Assembly: GCA_030264375.1 (NCBI GenBank) | Contig: JASCQW010000190.1 | Location: 35,696,279-35,760,278 of the forward strand | Length of the DNA stretch: 64,000 bases | DNA from: Carcharhinus longimanus | Taxonomy: Eukaryota | Reading direction: 5' to 3' | Shown: piece by piece, positions 25,890 through 38,260 of the stretch | How positions within the stretch are numbered: position 1 is the stretch's first letter | How the letters are laid out: every line of letters begins with the position of its first letter | Position numbers and translations under genes: made by a program | Notes under the pieces: generated by a model | The model's database searches: none | What the model saw: the letters and a program-made list of their open reading frames with translations, nothing else | Told to the model about the DNA's origin: nothing

Positions 25890-26075
25890 CAGACAATTAA
25901 GGACCCACAACAGCAACTATGATGAACGAGTTCATCTATGTTTAGTGGTGTTAGTTTAAGTGGAAGAGCCAGAAAACCAGGAGAAAAATCCCCCTCATTT
26001 GAACAATGCCTCTGTGTCTATCTGAGCAGCTAGATGGGACCATAGCTTAATGTTCTGTTTAAAAGGTAGCATTAC
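25890..26075 (-). mobile_element. DeuSINE relic
   Basis: Weak similarity to the Deu block at 16330-16480. Confidence 0.4.
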
Positions 26076-26135
26076 CTCAGAAACATTTAGAGATTTTCAT
26101 TAGGGGAGATTGGTAAGCATGTCACATTAATCGTA

Positions 26136-27118
26136 TGTTTTATAAAGTCTGTTATAATTTACATAAATTGCTTGTATAGTTGCAAAATTGGGTAGGGTAA
26201 TTGTAGATTGGGAGGTAGGAATTTAGAATTTGGTGTTTGCAAAATTATAAAAACTGTAAAATGCTAGGAGGGAAAAGCATTGCATGGTCCCATTAAAAGG
26301 TGATGCTTTTTCTGTGCTTAGAGATTTAAAAATGCAAGTACACAGAGAGCCCAAACTGAAACATTTACATTGAACGGTCAAGCAGTTTTAGCAAGACAAC
26401 AGGCCTCTGAACTTTTTGAACTTAGCCAATAAATTTGAATCAGGCACTTAGTTATCAAAAATCTATTACATTTAAACCTGATGGTTTTGATAGCCTAAGG
26501 CCAGTCTATTGAGGGAAATATTGATATGTCATCACGGGTATAAAAGAAGGGGGCACTGGGACGAAGAGAATAGAGCAACCACCACCTGCCAGAGCTAACA
26601 CCTCTCAGCTCTCAAGTCTCTCTCTCAAGAGAGAGAGTCACTGGCTTTCATGTCTTTATCTTTGTCTTAGAGAAAACACCATCTTGGTAACAAAGATACC
26701 AAGAAAGAAGTTCCAGACTGAAGAATCAACAAAGAAAACCTAGAATATTCCAGACGTCACAGAAACCTGGTTGTAATTTAGAGAGTGACTAAATTCCATT
26801 TCGTTTATGACTGGGAATTGTATTTACTTAGACAACATAAAATCAGAATTTTGTTTTTTTCAGGAATAGTTAATAGAAGGGATTTATTCAGTTTGTTAAT
26901 TGTTTAGTTAATTTGCTCACTGTTGGATAAATAAATTGTTACGTGTTGATTTTAAAGAATGTCAGGGATTGATTTTTATTCAACTACTGGAAGGTGCTGA
27001 AGTTCAGGTCGCACCATTTCACATACACTTCTGACAGATTATAAATAGGGCGAGATACCCCTCTTTAAGTCTTTCAACGTCAGTTCTTAGAGGGGGGATC
27101 AGCCTCCACTTTATAACA
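26136..27118 (+). mobile_element. Solo LTR, about 1 kb
   Basis: TGTT(T)ATAA..TTATAACA inverted termini (alternative start 26150), TATAAAA near 26539, AATAAA near 26930; no clear TSD. Confidence 0.7.
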
Positions 27119-28624
27119 ATACATAATGGATAGAATTTATGACAGGTCTAGAAAATGTGGCAAGCCTTTCAAACTGCCATTGACTTTGGCAAGACTGGAA
27201 CATATTGCAGGTGAGAGGGGTTGTAAAATTCCACCCAATGATTCTGCACAAGTTCTTTGTAATTTACATAACAGTAATACAAACTCTTAATGAATAAATA
27301 CATGTTAATACTTCTGAAACTCCCATCTGCTATCTTTACAGAGTAAGAATAAGGCAAATAGTTTTAGTGTTGAGCTGGAAAGAACCAGAATAGAAACTTA
27401 CCCCACACCATTGATTCAGATACAAGGTGAGAGTTAGTGGTGTGAATGAAGGGAGGGAAACATTGTGCACGAGTGATGAAGAGGAAATATTGATGGAGAT
27501 CACTGAAGGGGTCGTAGGCATTGGGCAGAGATCGGATATGCAGACTGTACCAACTGCATTTTCTATGGATACCCTAGTGAGCTTACCTCAGATAGATGTT
27601 AATAACATGCTCCATATACCCATAGATACAAAGTGGTACATCTAGGTTAGACCAACAGCTATAGTAGTGCTTTTAAGATTGCAGGCCATAGGTACAGATA
27701 GAATGGTATGATGCATGATCAAAATAATACATGTTTCTGAGGAATGCTCAGTCATGTGGAACTTCCTAAACCTTCTCATCATATTGACAACACCACTTTG
27801 TATCTGGGTAAAGTAAATATTTTGTTAACGATGACCATTGCGGTCAGGGCAACAATTATTTTGTTTCCCAGCTTCAGTCTAATTCTGCATCTAATTCCTC
27901 TTCACTAAATATTTAAATTAAAGCTTAATGTAAAAACAAAATCCATAATATTTGAATTTTTAATAGTTCATTTGCAGGATGTGGGCATCGCTGAGTAGAA
28001 CAGCATTTATTGCCCATCTCTTAGCGTAGAGAAAGATTGCACTTCAATTCTGAAACTGAGTTAGGATTTAATAGCCTCAAATGTTGTCCGTATCAGATGG
28101 TGGCGTTTTGCAGAGTCAGGTGGGACCAGCAAGTTGCTGTGCCTTGTGCGTTCTTCATAGGCATCTATGACTGTAATTCCCATTCAGTTTCTGATGGTAC
28201 CACCAGGTGAGGAAGGACTGAACACCTTCCTCTTTTCCCTCTCCCCTTTTGATGACAGCAGTTTTCTGTGTTTGTAAAGGTACTTGTCAAGTCAGTGAAC
28301 ATTTAATTGTTTATGTGCTGTGATCAAAGAAGAATAGGACAGGTTTGCTTATGTTTAATGAAGAAAGAGGTTGCCTGGAACCTTACCTCCATTCACACTG
28401 GCGCGATTTTCCCATCCTGCCGCAGTGAACGGAGATTTGACTGGCTGCCAGATTCTCTGAACTTATTGTGGTTGGACCAGTGCGTGAATGGCAGGTAAGG
28501 TTGCACCTGGTGGCTTTATTCTACTTAATCTGGTCTAAGTAAAATAATAAAATATGCACCAACTTTTACACACACACAGATACGCATAACCACACTTGAA
28601 GTTTTTTTTTACATACATATTACA

Positions 28625-28987
28625 TAGAACCCTATAGTGCAGAAAGAGGCCCTTCGGCCCATCAAGTTTGCGCTGACCACAGTTTACATACACATAAATA
28701 CAGATTACAGAGTAAGGAGGACTATTAGAAGCCAGAAAATATGTGAAAGATTATACAACCTGTAGTTTATGATTCGACTGCCATCAGGCTAAGTTTGATG
28801 GTCTTGATGTTTCCAATTTAAGATACCGATGACTGAGTCAGTAGATTCTTGGGTGAAGGTGGCGCTGGGTTGGTTTCAAACACAGGGAGAATATGCAAAC
28901 TCCACACAGCCACCTGAGCCCGGAGCTGTACCCGGGTCCTTGGCGCTGTGAGGCAGCAGTGTTAATCATTGTGCCACCGTTCCATCC
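28625..28987 (-). mobile_element. Two separated V-SINE pieces (tail A 28625-28682; head 28880-28987)
   Basis: Both pieces match the family consensus; about 200 bp of unrelated sequence lies between them. Confidence 0.7.
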
Positions 28988-29832
28988 TAAGTTTTGCATA
29001 TTTTTACAATTGCACTGCCTTCTTTATGTCAAAAGTGTATGGATACAATTTGTTTTGATATTTTTATTCCAGTACTTTGGGTATAACTACACAACATGGA
29101 TTGCAGCAGTTCATGAAGGGAGTTCATGAACATCTTCTCGAGGAAAATTAAGGACGGGCAGTAAATCTGGCCTGGCCAGTGATGCCAGCGTACCAGGAAA
29201 GAATCTTCCTTTTTAATTTCATGATGTTAGCATGGAATCCCTGATGTCATAAGTATGAATAAAAATATCATTAATGAAGATAAAGCGTCTGGTTTCTGAG
29301 AAATATAGAACTTACCAGTAACTTTAGGGCACTAGACAGGGAAACTTTTGCAAATTAATTGTGTTGAATTTTTGGCTAGTTGTAGCTGGAACCCAGGGAT
29401 CTATATTGGGTTGGGGTGTGCTTTGGAATCTGCAATGGGCTTTGCTGTGGTTCTTCACTGGAATCATGACATTACCATCTGCTTTTGGGTTTCCCAACCA
29501 TTCAGAGAGCCTGAGTGGGATGATGCATCAATTTTGCCAAAGGAAAGATTTTAATTGAAAAGGACCACAGCAATGGCTTGAATGGCTGTACCAGATGTGG
29601 GACCTGAGGCTGCAACAAATATAGGATTGCTGGAAAAACTTCCCCCACTAAGGTCTGTCATTCTTACCTGGAAGTCCTGCTGCGGGATCTGAGAAACTGC
29701 AGTGAGACGATCTTTCCCAAGGACTGGATTAAAACAGCAGCCTCTCCAAACAAGAAGTCATACATGGAAAAGGCTAAGGAAAACAGCAGTAGGAGCATGA
29801 TCCCTCCCATCTGGAGATAGTGCACCAAGAGA

Positions 29833-30095
29833 GTGGCATGGTGGTACAGCCTTTAGCCTTGCTGCCTTACAGCATCAGGGACCTGGGTTCAATTCTGGCC
29901 TCTGGTCACTGTCTGTGTGGAATTTGCATATTCTCCCCGTGTCTGCATGGGTTTCCTACGGATGCTCCGGTTTCCTCCCACAGTCCAAAGATGTGCAGTT
30001 TAGGTGGATTGGCCATGCTAAATTGCCTTAGTGTAGGTTAGGAGGATTTGCGATGTTAATAAATGGGTTATGGGACTAGGGCCTTGGTAGGGACC
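29833..30095 (+). mobile_element. HE1/V-SINE, 3' truncated
   Basis: Head and V-domain match. Confidence 0.88.
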
Positions 30096-30435
30096 AAGTT
30101 GGCTGGGAAAGGCAAGTGGCATAACACTTCCAGGTGTCAAGCCCCATACCATGACTTTCCCAGCGTTCTCCTGTACAGCATTCCTCAGGTCAACACACCT
30201 TGCAGCTTCACACCTTCCTCTCACTGCAGACATCTCACATCCCCATCTGAACACTATAACTCACACTCACTCTTATCATGTTGCCCTCTCCACTTTGCAG
30301 AGAAGGGAGCATACAATTTCAGGAAAAATAGATGGGATGAGGACGGGGTGGAGGTTGCCCTCCAATGAAAAGTATCTTGAAAGCCAATGGCAAAGCTTAT
30401 GGAGCTTGGCCCCTGAAAATGTTATAGCACTCACT

Positions 30436-30920
30436 TTGATTTGATTTGATTTGGGTTATTATTGTCATACGTATTTACATACAGTGAAAAGTATTGTTTC
30501 TTGCAAGCTATAGAAATAAAACATACTGTTCATAGAGAAGAAAATGAGACAGTGCAGAATGTAGTGTTACAGTCATAGCTAGGATGTTGAGAAAGATCAA
30601 CTTAATGCAAGGCAAGTCCATTCAAAAGTCTGACAGCAGCAGGGAAGGAGCTGTTCTTGAGTCGGTTGGTAAGTGACCTCAGACTTTTGTATCTTTTTCC
30701 TGAAGGAAGAAGGTGGAAGGGAGAATGTCGGGGGTGCGTGGGATCCTTAATTATGCTGGCTACTTTGCCGAGGCAGTGGGAAGTGTAGACAGAGTCAATG
30801 GATGGGAGGCTGGTTTGCGTGATGGATTGGGCTACATTCACAAACATTTGTAGTTCCTTATGGTCTTGGGACAAAGCAGAAGCCACGCCAAGCTGTGATA
30901 CTATCAGAAAGAATGCTTTA
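30436..30920 (-). mobile_element. Rex1/Babar LINE 3' end
   Basis: ORF 30602-30886 'KVASIIKDPTHPRHSPFHLLPSGKRYKSLRSLTNRLKNSSFPAAVRLLN'; (TTTGA)n tail. Confidence 0.92.
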
Positions 30921-30924
30921 GGAA

Positions 30925-31430
30925 AGGCATGAGAAACAGTTCAGAGAGATTTACTAGATTAATTCCAGGAATGCCTGGGTTGTCTTTTGAGGAAAGGTTG
31001 GACAGGTTAGGCTTATACCAACTGGAGTTTAGAAGAGTAAGGGATGACTTGATTGAAACCTTTAAGATCCTGAGGGGTCTTGACAGGGTGGAAAAGATGT
31101 TTTCTCTTGCAGGAGAATCTAGAATGAGGCGTCATGATTTAAAATAAGGGGTTTCTCATTTAAGACAGAGATGAGGAGAAATCTTTCCTCTCAGAAGGTC
31201 ATGAATCTTTGGAACACTTGTCCTCAAAAGGCAGTGGAAGCAAGACTTTGAATATTTTTAATAGAGGTGGATAGATTCTTGATTAACAAAGGGGTGAAAG
31301 GTTATTTGGGGTAGGCAAGAATGTGGATTGGAGGTTGTAATCAGATTAGCCATGATCTTATTGAATGGTGGAGTAGGTTCAAGGGGCTGAGGGTCTTACT
31401 ACTGCTCCTACTTTGCATGTCTGTATGTAA
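30925..31430 (+). mobile_element. CR1 LINE 3' end
   Basis: 'RFTRLIPGMPGLSFEERLDRLGLYQLEFRRVRDDLIETFKILRG' plus tail AGCCATGATCTTATTGAATGG. Confidence 0.92.
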
Positions 31431-31858
31431 CTTCAGAGTTTTTGTAATGGTCAGAGGAAATTCCGCTAAACATCTTTGTAAAGTTATTGAACATGTCCTA
31501 AGCCCAACTAGCAAGGGGTTTAATTGATATGTGGTTGAGGGAAAGGAGGTGCATGGAAGAGAAAGGGAAGAAGTATTTATTCATGTTACTACAGCCATTG
31601 TGCTGATACCAGGATAGCTTGGAGAACTGGTCCTTTCCTACCCATTACATTGGTTTGATTGTAATTAAATTCCAACTCACAGTAAGGCACAATTAAGCCA
31701 CAGTGTGATTCAGGGAGTGTGAACATCTTCTAGTGCGATGCTAAGGGACATGGAAAGGATAGTTAAAAAAGCAAATCAGATTTTTTAGACTATCTTGGAA
31801 AGTTGTACAATCCAAAATGTGAGAGTCAGCATTATAAATATTGCAGCTGTCAACTTTG

Positions 31859-32158
31859 GGGGCGACCCAGTGGCACAGTGGTTAATGCTGCTGCCTCACA
31901 GTGCCAGGGACCTGGGTTCGACTCCTGGCTTGGGTCACTGTCTGTGTGGTGTTTGCACATTCTCCCCATGTCTTCATGGGTTTCCTCTGGGTGCTGTAGT
32001 TTTCTCTCACAGTCCAAAGATTTGCAGGTTAGGTGAATTGGCCATACTAAATTCTCCCGCAATGTAGCTGATCAGGCGCTGGAGTATGGTGACTAGGGGA
32101 TTTTCACAGCAACTTCATTGCAGTGGAAATGTAAGCTGATTTGTGACTGATAAATTAG
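31859..32158 (+). mobile_element. V-SINE, tail B, with CTTTG TSD
   Basis: Canonical head and tail; CTTTG at 31854-31858 and 32159-32163; empty site in the right arm. Confidence 0.93.
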
Positions 32159-32664
32159 CTTTGTTTTTTGTGTAGTGGTACGTCGGAACAAGAAAGGCCC
32201 TGGCCTATGATTAGCTACACTCACTTTAAGATTGCTGGTTTTTGGCATGAACTAATGTTCATTCTCTTGGGTAATCATATCTCTTGCTTTAATCAGTTTG
32301 ATTACCAATACACCTTACACAACACTTGCAAAGTTACAGCAATTGGCTCCTTGTCACTCATCATTAATTTAGAAGATGTAAGGAATATTGGAATCTGTTG
32401 TTTATCAAATATGGAATGATATGGGTTGTCAGACTGAGTCTAGGTGATAAAAGTAACATTGGCTATTAGAAACAAGGCATGCCTTTAGGAGTGCGACACC
32501 AAAAACCTGATTATTAAAGAAGCAGAATATTTTTATTCTTAATATTCCAATCTTTCTCAGCCAAACTGCACCAAGTAGACCAGCCCTGAACACTGAAAGA
32601 TGAAAGCATGTAAATATGTAAAATTCATAATTATTGCCAGCTTTTAAAATATGTGAAGAACATT

Positions 32665-32860
32665 ATAAAGTCACCAAAGCCCAAAGGACCTCCTTTGAGG
32701 GAGAGAGCTGTCAGATGATGATTTAACATGAGGATCACCACATCTGAGGTAAAGGGCAAGGTTGAACCTTCATGAGCAACTTCAGCCGGGAATTGAACCC
32801 ATGCTGTTGACATTGCTCTAAATCACTAACCAACTTTCTAGCCAATTGAGCTAAACTGAT
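32665..32860 (-). mobile_element. tRNA-derived SINE, third family (part of left arm)
   Basis: Reverse complement reads TTTAGCTCAATTGGCTAG..GGGTTCAATTCC (A/B boxes)..GTGGTGATCCTC. Confidence 0.75.
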
Positions 32861-32907
32861 CAATGAAAATGATCAAATTACTGTTGTTTTACAATCAAAC
32901 TGGTATC

Positions 32908-33218
32908 ATGGAATCATAGAATCCTACAGTGCAGAAAGAGGGCATTCAGCCCATTGTGTCTGCACTGACGACAATCCCACACAGGTCCTATCCCCATAAT
33001 CCCATGAATTTACCCTAACTAGTCCCCCTGACATTAAAGGGCACTTTAGAATGGCTAATCCACCTGACCCACACATCTTTGGACTGTGGGAGGAAACACA
33101 CGGANNNNNNNNNNGAGACATGGGGAGAATGTGTAAACTCCATACAGATAGTGACCCAAGCCCGGAATTGAACCTGGGTCCCTGGCACTGTGCTAACTAC
33201 AGTGTCACCGTGCCACCA
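32908..33218 (-). mobile_element. HE1/V-SINE, tail A
   Basis: Canonical; small N-gap inside. Confidence 0.92.
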
Positions 33219-34644
33219 ATGTGCAATATTCATTGGAATGAGATGGACGGACAGAGAAAAGAAAGTGCAGTGTTTAATTAAAACAGTGTTTAATATTTAG
33301 TATGCTCAAATTTAGGCACCTAACAATGGTAAACAATAATAATTATGTTACCTCCCACAATCTGTAGTGTGTAAATATGGAAAATTAATAAAATTAATCG
33401 ATTTATGGAACAAAATTACTCAACTGTTCAGTATAGTTTTCATGTTTACAAGGTTTTTAAAATAACACAAAATGTGGTCTTTTTAAAATTCGAATGCCTA
33501 TTAAGATGTTTGCATATCAACTGAACAGTTCTGGAACCATCATAACATTGGACATTACTTGCCATTCACATGCACAGAACACCTTAAATTTACATTGAGG
33601 TAGATGTATCTTCACTTGGCTGTGAGCTTTCCAAATCACCAGACACAAGTATGCACACACAGATTTGTTTTTCAAAAATATACTTTATTCATAAATAATC
33701 TGAAAAAAAATTACATAAACATTTCCGATCATTACAACAGTGAAATGTGATTATATTTGCCTCCCTGAGGTCAAAATGTATGCTGTGTTCGGTCTAAGAA
33801 CGTTACATATATTTCAATACAAAGTCCAAAGTTCTTTATGAAACTCTGTACATTGGTCATGTACGCAAACAGACATATACTATACATGCAGCATAGTTTA
33901 AAACTATTGTCATCACTGTACAGCTCATACAAGCCAATATGGGGGCACATCATGGCACAAGTGAGTGCCTGAACCTACCAGGTCTAGAGCCATCAAAAGT
34001 GGGCTTTTGCACCTTAGGGGACACATCTATGGCATTCCATCCACCAAAGGAGACCACACAGTGTGGTACAAGAGGGGTCAGGGTGTACCCTCTGGAAACG
34101 AAGCCAGAATGAGAATCGAGAGAGATATAAAGTGGGCTGCTGATTCACCATCACTCATTTCCCACATCACACAAGGTCAAAATCCACTCCTTATTCAGAC
34201 TTCAGATACTGGATCGATCACTGGCTAAAAACTGAAGAACAACAAGATGAAAAATAAATGGAGGGTGAAGTGAAGCAGCACTAACCAGGAGAGGAAATAA
34301 GAATCACTGCCTTATCTTGGACGGTGACCTGAATAGTCTCTACTGTTATAAGTTTAAAATGCCTATTATTTTCTGCACTACCATTTGTCACAGAAATAAC
34401 CCAGCCTACATACAAATTGATCATTGCTAATTGAGCATATATGTTCGGTCAAATCTTTATGCAGCAGAACATCTAATGGCATCTGCAAGTTTGAGCCAGA
34501 AAAAAATTGTGTGCTAAAAGTGTGAGTCATAAGGGAAAAATGCAATGTGGCACCTGGGTGAATACAGGAGGCAACACTGTTATCTTCTTAACTAAACAGA
34601 CCGAAGGGTTGTGAAATTAAAAATCTAAGGGCGGAAAAGGAGAT

Positions 34645-35013
34645 ATTGAATACCTACAGTGCAGAAGAAGGCCATTCAGCCCATCAAGTCTGCACTGATC
34701 ACAATCCCATCCAGGGCCTCTTGCTGTGACCTCCCTTATATTTACTCCGCTAAGGACTTTCTGATCGAGCATATTACCCCACACATTCACCATGGCTAGT
34801 CAATCCAATCTATACTTGGGAAACCAAGAGGCAATTGAACATGGTCAATTCACAGCCTACGCATCTTTGGAATGTGGGAGGAAACTGGAGCACCCGGAAG
34901 AAACCCATGCAGACACAGGGAGAATGTGCAAACTCTACACAGTCACCCAAGAATTGAACCCCGGTCCCTAGTGCTGTGAGGCAGCAGTGTTAACTGCTGT
35001 GCCATCGCGTCGC
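34645..35013 (-). mobile_element. HE1/V-SINE, tail A
   Basis: Canonical head and CR1-type tail. Confidence 0.88.
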
Positions 35014-35084
35014 TAGATTAGTGTGGGTTATTGCAATGTCCAATTAAGGTGCAGGAAGAATGATTAGTTTAGAGAGAAAAAAGG

Positions 35085-35245
35085 GCTTCCGTTTTTTGCA
35101 CTTTACACGACCACTGGATGTCTTAAAGTGCGTGACAGCCAATGAAGTAATTTTGAACTGTAGTCACTGTTGCAATGTAGGAAATGTGGTAGCCAATTTA
35201 TGTAGATCAAACTCTGAACAGCAATGTGATAATGACCAGATGATC
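35085..35245 (-). mobile_element. DeuSINE 3' fragment abutting the right arm
   Basis: CAGCCAATGAAGTA..GTAGTCACTGTTGCAATGTAGGAAA..GATAATGACCAGATGATC. Confidence 0.7.
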
Positions 35246-36261
35246 AGGTTTGCTCAGCAGGCTGGACAGCTGGTTAGTGTTGCAAAGTGATATCAATAGC
35301 ATGGGTTCAATTCCTGTATGGGCAGAGGTTGTTCATGAAGGCTTGAGCATGCCCTTGCCTGAGGTGTGGTGATCCTCAGGTTAAATCACCACCCGTCAGC
35401 TGTCCCTCTCAAAGGAGAAAGCAGCCGATGCTCATTTGGGGCTATGATGACTTTATTATGTCCTTCACATAAATATTTTAAAATCTGGCAGTAATTATGA
35501 ATCTCACATATTACGTGCTTTTATCTTTCAGTGTTTAGGGCTGGGCTACCTGATGCAATTTAATTGAGAAAGATTGGAGTATTAGGAACAGAAATATTCC
35601 GCTTCCTTAATAATTAGGAAGGCTGGAACATTCAGGTTTTTGGTGTCACGCTCCTAAAGGCATGCCTTCTTTCTAATAGCTGATGCTATTTTTATCAACT
35701 AGACTCGGTTTGACAACCCATATCATTCCATATTTGATAAACAACAGATTCCAATATTCCTTACATCTTTTAAATTAACGATGAGTGACAAGGAGCCAAT
35801 TGCTGTAACTCGCAAGTGTTGTGTAAGGTGTATTGGTAATCAAACTGATTAAAGCAAGTGATATGATTACCCAAGAGAATGAACATTAGTTCATGCCAAA
35901 AACCAGCAATCTTAAAGTGTGTGTAGCTAATCATAGGCCAGGACCCTTCTTGATCCTACGCATTGCTGCACTCAAAAAACAAAGTTGGCAACTGCAATAT
36001 TTATAACGCTGACTCTGTTGCATTTTGGATTGAATAGCTCTCCAAGATACTCTAAAAATCTGACTTGCATTCCAAAAAAATCTTTTCCATGTCCCTCAGC
36101 ACCGCACTAGAAGATGTTCACAGTCCCTGAATCACACTATGGCTTAATTGTGTCTTACTGTGAGTTGGAATTTAATTACGATCAAACCAATGTAATGGAT
36201 AGGAAAGGACCAGTTTTCCAATCAAGACACCACTATGGCTGGAGTATGATGAATAAAACTT
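35240..36261 (-). repeat. Right arm of long inverted duplication
   Basis: Colinear reverse complement of 31572-32862 without the V-SINE. Confidence 0.95.
35246..35455 (+). mobile_element. tRNA-derived SINE, third family (part of right arm)
   Basis: GGTTTGCTCAG..GGGTTCAATTCC..CCTGAGGTGTGGTGATCCTCAGG. Confidence 0.75.
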
Positions 36262-37729
36262 GACAGAATAAGACATCACCTTTGCCTGTAATCTCCCTTT
36301 ACTGTACAGGGCCCATGTGTTGCACTGTGTGATGTTTTTAAGATTGCCTCACAGCCTCAAATGTATGCATCTTAAAGGGAATGCTGCTTGTCCCTTTTTT
36401 TTGCTGTAAAAAATCTATGATTCTTTAAAAGATATGGGAGTGACAGTCTACGAATTGCTCTTAAAGAGCACTGGTGCTGACATGATGGACCAAATGGCCT
36501 CCTTCTGTGCTGTTACCATTCTACGTTTTTTTCCTCCACCACATATTGCCAATTGTTCTGTGGCAACATACTCAAACAGCTTTGAGAAAATTTTGTTTGT
36601 AACCGTTCATTTTCAGTGCCAGAGAGGTTGATTGGCAATAGTTCACAGGTATCACATTGTTAAACATGTACTCAGTCTAGAACGGATAACACTCAACTCT
36701 CTGTGGCAGGTTTAGTTCATGAATTCATTCTCCACAACTGTAGCAACTTCATGCTGTTCAATGCATTTCAATGACGGGCCATGCAGTGAGATCCATTTCC
36801 AAGATGCTAATGGCAGAATGGTACAGCTTGGATAGCAACTTTCTAAATATTTGAATTTACCCACACATTTGGCCATTGCCTGAAGTTGCTGTGCCATTGA
36901 CAAATAGTTAATGGTGAGCTCCATTAGCTTCACTGTTATTTTGACAGAAAATATGGGCCATTATTAAAAGAACACTGTCATCCTATTCACAATATTAGCT
37001 GAGTTGAATTTATAATACAAAGTAGTGGTAACTGAAAACATAACTGTTATTTGAATATTTCAACCCACGATTACAGGGAATGTTGAATAGAAAACAAACA
37101 CATAAAGGACTCCGTGATGTGTACAGTCAGTGTACCATTGAGTTCTGCACGGATATGCATTCCTCATCTCCAGTATTTATACAATTAATATTTTTATGAT
37201 GCAGCATACCAAGCTTGCTCTCATATTTCAAGCATTGGTGCTGCTTCAAATTTTGTACCCATTGCTGGTCTAACAGCAGTTTCTTTCTTCTCTACATTAT
37301 TTTAATTTTTTTCCATTCTCTTGCTTCTGAAGGAAAAAAGCTCGACATTCAAGTTGTTCTGTTAAAATGAGAACTGTGTCTCTTTTTCCCAGATATAATA
37401 CTGGGGCATCAAGAAGGAAGCTAGTGATGTTTGCTGTTTCTGTAAATGGTCCTTCAGCCCAGCTTCATTCATCCGTGCATAAAGTGTCTAAAGTTGACAG
37501 TGTGGAAATTGGCTTGAATTGGATCCAACTTTCAATGAAGAACTTATTCTGTGCTGGGGGAGCACTGCATGCCCAAATTGGTTAGGCTGCCCTGGAGCTG
37601 TCCAGCACAATTACCTGAAACCAGTGCTGGACACATTCGGTGTGCAAATTCAGGGCTAAGTGTCATTTTTAGACTCCATTTCTATGTTGGATTGCAATTG
37701 AAAGCTAATAGCCGTCCGAGCATTGTAAT

Positions 37730-38260
37730 CTGACAGTGTTCGGAGAGCAGCCGCAGCTGACAGCAAAGGCTCCATCGTGAAGGGATCCTACTGTTGGGTT
37801 CATGGAGTCAGCTGCTTTAGTTCAGGTTAGACAGAATGGCCTAACTGCCCTGGTCTTACTCCTCTTCCTGCTGTGCACCATTTTGTCCTGTAGACAGAGA
37901 GGGAATTGATGAGTATTTCAAAGGAGAAGGAGAGTGTAGATGTGTGGGACTTGAACTGTTTGTGCAGATGCTGAGAGGAGAAAGAAGCTGTAGGCAACCT
38001 GCAGGGAAAAATGACAAATTATTGATAATTGCGTGGAGTGTGAAGTGAGGAAAGGTCCATGAGAGAAGTTGGTTATTGTGTAAAGGCTAGCAAATGAAAG
38101 GAGAATGCTGCTACTGGCGGCTGTGAGAGGAGTAAAGAAAAGGAGGACTTTTTTCCCCTTACACTGACCTCTTCTAGTGGGATCTTCGGAAGGGGTGGAG
38201 GCAGGTGGGGGGGTGGGGGGGGGGGAGCTCAGAGATCCCCCAAGGGCATGTCTGTTACAC
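37730..38260 (-). mobile_element. Harbinger-like Myb/SANT gene relic
   Basis: Minus strand shows gtcagt donor near 38165 and tctacag|GACAAAATGGTGCAC acceptor near 37888, paralleling the 59370 copy. Confidence 0.4.

Larger units (their letters stand above)
31572..32862 (+). repeat. Left arm of long inverted duplication (contains SINE insertion 31859-32158)
   Basis: Colinear reverse complement of 35240-36261. Confidence 0.95.

Noticed and set aside
26131-27123. Target-site duplications for the solo LTRs
   Set aside because: Flanks at 26136/27118, 44074/45039 and 56224/56445 do not give exact 4-6 bp matches, so none is claimed
32863-35239. Transposase or exon in the spacer of the inverted repeat
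   Set aside because: Only two SINEs, a DeuSINE piece and short unrecognised ORFs; no DDE motif or convincing splice pair
37209-37330. Possible minus-strand exon
   Set aside because: The good acceptor is followed by stops in all three frames; the open frame has only a weak acceptor
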